DNA of 64,000 nt from Trueperaceae bacterium (GTDB taxonomy: Bacteria; Deinococcota; Deinococci; Deinococcales; Trueperaceae), in NCBI GenBank assembly GCA_965214405.1, contig OZ243956.1:2272001-2336000 (forward strand). Direction: 5' to 3'. Made by a program: the position numbers and the translations under genes. Below the pieces are notes generated by a model, which saw only the letters and a list, made by a program, of their open reading frames with translations, was not told the DNA's origin and did not search any database. Position 1 is the first letter of the stretch, and each line of letters begins with the position of its first letter. Shown here one piece after another: positions 59,192-64,000 of this stretch.

Positions 59192-60550
59192 GGGTGCAAC
59201 CCCAAATAGGCGGATAGAAAAAGGGGCGTAGCAGCGGTAGAATGGCGGATGAAAACGAGCCAGACAGGTGATTGGAAAGAACGGGCGAAGGAAGCGTTTG
59301 GCAGGTACTTAGAAGCTTTGGAACGAGACCTACCCGAAGATGCGGGTGTAGCCGAGGTTGAGACGGCGATGCTGGCGCATTATCAAGCGATGATGAGTGA
59401 GACTATGCAAGCTCTGGCAGATAGCCGGAGCTTTTCCCCCCGAGCACAAAAGAGAAGTACCTGAAGGCTATTGGGGTAACGGCAAACGTCGCTGCGCGGT
59501 TAAGCACTTGTGGGGCCGGGTCTATGTCGAGGTACAAAGGCTGGTTGATAGAGAGGGTCGAGCCAAACAAGCTATCCTCGATAGACGCTTAGACCATTCG
59601 GGCTGGACGCCCAAAGCCTTAGCTTGCCTGACCGACTTAGCAGCGCGCGTGCCCTTAGAAGAAGGCGCTTACATCGCGCGCAACTTCGGCCTGAGGATTA
59701 GCTCGTCAGAATTAGACCGCTTGCAACGCCCCTACGCTGAGGCGTGTCGAGCCGAGGTGGCAGACAGACTGTTGTCTTGTTCAGAGCCTGAAGCGGCACG
59801 CCGACAAGGACGCGTCATGGTGTTGCAAATGGACGGCGTCTACGTCTTAGGGCAACCTGAACAGGGGCTATGTCCTGGCCTGGAACTCAAAACAGCCGTA
59901 CTTTATCCGCAAGCCGCTCCGAGTCAGCGCTGGATGTTGGCCGAACGCTGCTGTGCCGAAGACTTTGTCACGCTCGTGGCGGGTTTACTCAACGAAGCCG
60001 GAGTCACCCCCGCGGATACGCTGCTCGGTTTGGGTGATGGAGCCGTTTGGATTGACAACATCTTTTGTCATCTCGACGCCGTAAGAATCACCGACGTCTA
60101 CCACGCCACTCAGTACCTCGACACCATCATGCAAGCACTGGCTTGGGATGAAGACCTAAGAACGCGCCACCGCTGTGACTGGTATCGGGGTCAGCTCAAC
60201 GCCCGTGACTGGCTCGCTCACCACCTTCCTAAACCCGAGGTCTGGCTCACCTGGGATGACAAAGCGCAAACTGCTCTAAAGTATCTTGAAACCCGGCTTG
60301 ACAGTATGGATTATGCTCGGTTCACAGAAAAAGGCTATCCCATCGGTTCAGGGCAAATCGAAGGGATGAACAAAGCCGTTATCGGAAACCGTATGAAAAG
60401 AAGCGGGATGCACTGGTCCAAACAAGGTGCTGCCAGTATGGCCTCTTTGCGTGCCCAGACCTGTGCCAAACATTCCCTCATTGACTTTGGGCAGCTCAGG
60501 CACCTCGCTTACCCTGCCCCGGCTTAATCCGACACTAGCGGGCTGCACCC
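59192..60550 (+). mobile_element. ISKra4/ISLre2-like insertion sequence
   Basis: IRs GGGTGCAACCC / GGGCTGCACCC; 9-bp duplication ATGTCCCGG at 59183-59191 and 60551-60559. Confidence 0.92.
59249..60527 (+). CDS. Transposase in two ORFs (59249-59464 and to 60527), probably frameshifted
   Basis: TTTTCCCCCC near 59432-59441; OrfB has MDG, GDGAVWI, DVYHA..YL, YPIGSGQIEG..K..I..RMKRSGMHW. Confidence 0.88.
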
Positions 60551-60659
60551 ATGTCCCGGTGCCCAAATGCCGCACAGCCAACAACGGTACAGCTCACCGC
60601 TACACAGAATATTATAGAAAACAGCGCAAAGTTTATAGAAATCCGTTATACTGGTTTAT

Positions 60660-60908
60660 ATGAGGCAAATCAACATCAAGAACAGCGTGGCAGCCGACCT
60701 ACTCGACAGGGTAACGGCGGCCACAGGTGAGGGTAAAACAGAGGCGATCACTCACGCGTTAGAGCTTTATTTAAAAAGTATTGACGCGTCCAAACGCGCC
60801 GAGGCCGCTATCACTCTCGTGCGCGAACTCCTTCATCCGACAATCGAGCCCGAGCATTTGGGTCGAGCGCCCAGCAAGCGTGAGCAGGAAGAGCTTCTGG
60901 GAATGTAG
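60660..60908 (+). CDS. vapB: VapB-type antitoxin
   Basis: INIKN....L......TGEGKTEAI..AL; precedes a PIN toxin; TATACT 7 nt upstream of ATG. Confidence 0.85.
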   Translation: MRQINIKNSVAADLLDRVTAATGEGKTEAITHALELYLKSIDASKRAEAAITLVRELLHPTIEPEHLGRAPSKREQEELLGM

Positions 60909-61316
60909 ATGGTTGTCGACACGAGCGTCTTGTTACACGTTGCTTTTGAAGAACCGGGCTGGGAGGGGAGCCTGCGCTGGTTGAGCCAGCAGCCCACCCT
61001 TGCCTTTTCAGCTCTATCGCTCGTCGAGGGTCATGCAGTCATTACGGGCCGCGGGAGGCGTGACCCTCGAGAGGTTTTAGACAAGCTACTGCGTATCCTG
61101 GAGGTCGAGGTTGTGGCTTTTGACGCTAGCCAAGCGGCGCTGGCCCGCAACGCCTACAGCCGCTACGGCAAGGGGCAGGGGCACCGGGCGGGGTTAAATT
61201 TGAGAGACGTCATCGTCTATGCGCTGGCCGCCTCGCGCCGGGACGTGCTCGCCTTTGTCGGCGATGATTTTAACCATACCGACCTAGAGGTGGTGCGGCT
61301 TCCTCGAGCCAGCTAG
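60909..61316 (+). CDS. vapC: VapC PIN-domain toxin
   Basis: MVVDTSVL..., YGKG.GH.A.LN..D...YALA......LAFVGDDF.HTD. Confidence 0.9.
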   Translation: MVVDTSVLLHVAFEEPGWEGSLRWLSQQPTLAFSALSLVEGHAVITGRGRRDPREVLDKLLRILEVEVVAFDASQAALARNAYSRYGKGQGHRAGLNLRDVIVYALAASRRDVLAFVGDDFNHTDLEVVRLPRAS

Positions 61317-61380
61317 CGTCACCCTTCTAACGCTTGTCTCTTGACCTACTTTTTGAAGTCACCCCAACCTTGATAATGTA

Positions 61381-61420
61381 GTTGATGATTTTTGTCAACA
61401 TAGTTGACTGCACAATCAAC
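61381..61420. promoter_or_regulatory. Tandem palindromic operator candidates upstream of the ABC operon
   Basis: GTTGA-N9-TCAAC (61381-61399) and GTTGA-N8-TCAAC (61403-61420). Confidence 0.55.
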
Positions 61421-61452
61421 TCGGAGTCACCACAAGGTTTGGGGGAAGAACG

Positions 61453-62514
61453 ATGAGCTGCTGTAACACGCTTTTAGCGAAGGCTGTACCGGAGGCTGCG
61501 AAGGGCGACGCCGCGGGCATTGGCCGCCGCACGGTTCTCAAGGGGATGGTGGGGACGTTCGCGGGGCTCGGTCTGGCCGGACGCGCGCTCGGCGCGGCGC
61601 AGGACCGGCGGGTTCGGCTGGCCTTTTGCTCGCAACTGCTCTGCGTCGTGCCCTATGAGTACACGCGCTCGAGCGGCTTTTTCGCCGACGAGGGCTTAGA
61701 CGTCGAACTCATCTACTCGCGCGGCGGCAACGCGGCGATGCAGGCGCTCGTGGGCGGCGCGGTGGAGTACGCCGCCACCTCCTTTGACGTGGCCTTGCAG
61801 GCTTTCGCCAACGGCGCGGCCATTGAACGCTTCGCCACCACCGGCAGGCTGCCTCTGTTCGCGCTCGCCACCGCGCCCGAGCAGGCCGACACGCTCACCG
61901 AGATTGCAGGGCTCGCGGGCAAGACCGTCGGCGTCTCGGCGCTCGGCAACGCCGACCACGCGCTGCTCCTCTATTTGCTTGAACTCGCCGGGGCGAACGC
62001 GGGCGAGGTGCGCTTTGCGACCTTGGGCGTCAACCTCTACGACGCGCTGCGCTTGGGGCAGGTGGACGCGGGGATGGTCCAGGAGCCCGCCTTGTCGCTG
62101 CTCGAGGAGGGGGGCTCGAGGGTGCTTTTCAACGCCATGAATCTGGACGACGCCGAACGTTACTTGGGCGGCACCTACGAGTTTATGGGTATCGCCGTGC
62201 GCGCTGATGAACGAGACGAACGTTTGGAGGAGATGCGGGCGCTTTCTCGGGCTCTAGCGCGCGGCCTCGTCGGCTTGCAGAGCGCGCCTGTGGGTGACCT
62301 CATCGCGGCGCTGCCGAGCGAACTCATCGCGGGGGACGATAGGGGGCGGCTCGAGGCTATCTTGGAGCGTTACCGCCGCTCGCTCTACCCGGACACGGTG
62401 GCGATTGACGTGTCGGCCTGCGAACGCGTCCAGCAGGCCCAACTCACCGCCGACCTTTTGGCGGAGCCTGTGGATTTGAACGTCTTGTTGGACACGAGCG
62501 TGGTGGAGGGGTAG
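61453..62514 (+). CDS. ABC substrate-binding protein (NitT/TauT type) with a Tat signal
   Basis: GRRTVLKG twin-arginine motif; GFFADEGLDVEL, LAGKTVGVS. Confidence 0.88.
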   Translation: MSCCNTLLAKAVPEAAKGDAAGIGRRTVLKGMVGTFAGLGLAGRALGAAQDRRVRLAFCSQLLCVVPYEYTRSSGFFADEGLDVELIYSRGGNAAMQALVGGAVEYAATSFDVALQAFANGAAIERFATTGRLPLFALATAPEQADTLTEIAGLAGKTVGVSALGNADHALLLYLLELAGANAGEVRFATLGVNLYDALRLGQVDAGMVQEPALSLLEEGGSRVLFNAMNLDDAERYLGGTYEFMGIAVRADERDERLEEMRALSRALARGLVGLQSAPVGDLIAALPSELIAGDDRGRLEAILERYRRSLYPDTVAIDVSACERVQQAQLTADLLAEPVDLNVLLDTSVVEG

Positions 62515-63276
62515 ATGCTTCAAATTTCAAACCTCACCCTCGGCTACGGCGGCGAGCCGGTGCTGGAGGGTGTGAACCTAAGCGTCGAGGCGGGCGAGTT
62601 CGTGAGTCTGGTCGGCCCCTCCGGCTCGGGCAAGAGCAGCATTTTGAGGGCGGTGACGGGGCTGCAACCCAGTCGCGGGCGCACCAAACTTGGTGTGTCA
62701 GGAGACCAGGTGGGCTTTTTATTTCAAGACGACGCGCTGCTGCCCTGGCGCACCGCCAAAGAGAACGTGGCGCTGGGCCTAAAGATACGCGGCACGCCCA
62801 AAAACAAAGCTTTGGAGCGCGCTGAGGTGTGGCTCGAGCGCCTTGGCCTGGCTGGCTTCGGGGACCGCTACCCGCGCGAACTCTCGGGCGGCCAGCGCAA
62901 GCGGGTGGCGCTGGCGCAGGTGCTCGCGCAGGGGCCGCGCTTGCTGCTGATGGACGAGCCCTTCGCCTCCCTAGACGCCATCGTGCGCCGCCGCATCACC
63001 GAGGACGTGCTGGGCTGGGTCGAGCGCGAGCGCCTGACGGTGCTCTTGGTGACCCATGACTTAGAAGAGGCGCTGACGCTCTCGGATACCGTTTATCTGC
63101 TCTCGAGCGGCCCCCGCGCCCACATCCGCGAACGCTACCGCGTCCCGATAGCACGACCCCGCGACCTCCTGCAAACCCGCACCGACCCCGCCTTTGCGCC
63201 GCTCCTCAAGAGGCTATGGGACGACCTCTCGAGCGAGGTCGAACGCACCCCCGAAAAACAGGAGGTAGCCGCGTGA
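62515..63276 (+). CDS. ABC transporter ATP-binding protein
   Basis: GPSGSGKS, LSGGQRKR, LLMDEPF, VTHD. Confidence 0.92.
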   Translation: MLQISNLTLGYGGEPVLEGVNLSVEAGEFVSLVGPSGSGKSSILRAVTGLQPSRGRTKLGVSGDQVGFLFQDDALLPWRTAKENVALGLKIRGTPKNKALERAEVWLERLGLAGFGDRYPRELSGGQRKRVALAQVLAQGPRLLLMDEPFASLDAIVRRRITEDVLGWVERERLTVLLVTHDLEEALTLSDTVYLLSSGPRAHIRERYRVPIARPRDLLQTRTDPAFAPLLKRLWDDLSSEVERTPEKQEVAA

Positions 63277-64000
63277 ACCCGCTAAAGCGCCGTTGGGTGC
63301 GGCGACTCGTGGCGCTGCTCGTGTTGCTGGGGGCTTGGGAAGGCTTGGCCCGAACGGGCGTCCTCGACCCCTTCTACGCGCCGCCGCCCAGCCGGGTGGT
63401 GGGGGTGCTCGTCTCGCTCTTTGCCGACGGGAGCATCTGGACGCATTTGCAAGCGACCTTTACCGCCGCCCTCGCGGGTCTCGCCCTGGGCCTCCTCGCG
63501 GGCGTGGTGCTCGGGTTCGCGGCGGCGCTCGTGCCGCTCTTGTCCGAACTCTTAGAACCCGTGATGATTCTTTTCAACGCTATCCCGAGGGTGATTCTCG
63601 CGCCCTTGTTCGTCATCTGGTTCGGCATCGGCCTGGGTTCGAAAATCGCGGTGGCCTTTCTGCTCGTCGCGGTCCTCACCTTTTTTGCGGTCTATTCAGG
63701 CATCAGGGAGGTGGACGCGCGCTTAGTCGAACGCGTCAGGACGCTCGGCGGCGGGCGCTGGGTACTCCTGCGCGAGGTCTACCTCCCCTCGGTCACCTCC
63801 TGGGTGATGAGCAACCTCAAGGTGGCGGTGGGCTTCGCCTTTACCGGGGCGGTGGTGGGCGAGTTCGTGGCGGCGAGCCGCGGCCTGGGCTACCTCCTCG
63901 CCTTCGCCCAGAGCCAATTCAACGCCGCGCTGACCCTCGCGCTAATCGTCCTCATCATGGCCTTTGTGCTCCTTCTTTTCGCGCTGGCGGGCGGCCTCGA
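63273..64000 (+). CDS. ABC transporter permease (3' end outside window)
   Basis: GTG overlapping the previous stop; AIPRVILAPLFVIWFGIG, GAVVGEF. Confidence 0.88.
   Translation, partial: MNPLKRRWVRRLVALLVLLGAWEGLARTGVLDPFYAPPPSRVVGVLVSLFADGSIWTHLQATFTAALAGLALGLLAGVVLGFAAALVPLLSELLEPVMILFNAIPRVILAPLFVIWFGIGLGSKIAVAFLLVAVLTFFAVYSGIREVDARLVERVRTLGGGRWVLLREVYLPSVTSWVMSNLKVAVGFAFTGAVVGEFVAASRGLGYLLAFAQSQFNAALTLALIVLIMAFVLLLFALAGGL

Overview
High-GC chromosomal segment that looks like Deinococcota (Truepera-like). This is inferred from the Thermus-type V/A-ATPase operon and from frequent TANNNT -10 boxes 5-7 nt upstream of start codons. Core content: a reductive pyrimidine catabolism cluster (preA, hydA, NitT/TauT-type ABC transporter, class-III aminotransferase), recA, pdxH, tRNA-Met(CAT), ppgK, murJ, a complete uric acid/allantoin catabolism operon, pxpA plus a pxpBC fusion, a cytochrome P450, the V/A-ATPase operon, vapBC and a second ABC transporter cut by the window end. 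Four intact-looking IS elements carry target duplications (IS5, ISAs1, IS4, ISKra4/ISLre2-like). Main observations: (1) an integron gene cassette carrying an AAC(3)-I aminoglycoside acetyltransferase with a canonical attC, but no integrase in the window, plus further cassette-like remnants and GTT core-like sites at foreign/native junctions; (2) strong HIP1-like over-representation of the palindrome CTCGAG (often GGCTCGAGCC) in resident DNA, with none seen in the ISs; (3) an unannotated two-gene operon whose second product is reminiscent of the replication terminator Tus; (4) an ABC permease with a self-nested beta-rich insert; (5) cyanobacteria-like small repeats, one inserted in frame in allC. 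All family calls are by eye, without database searches.
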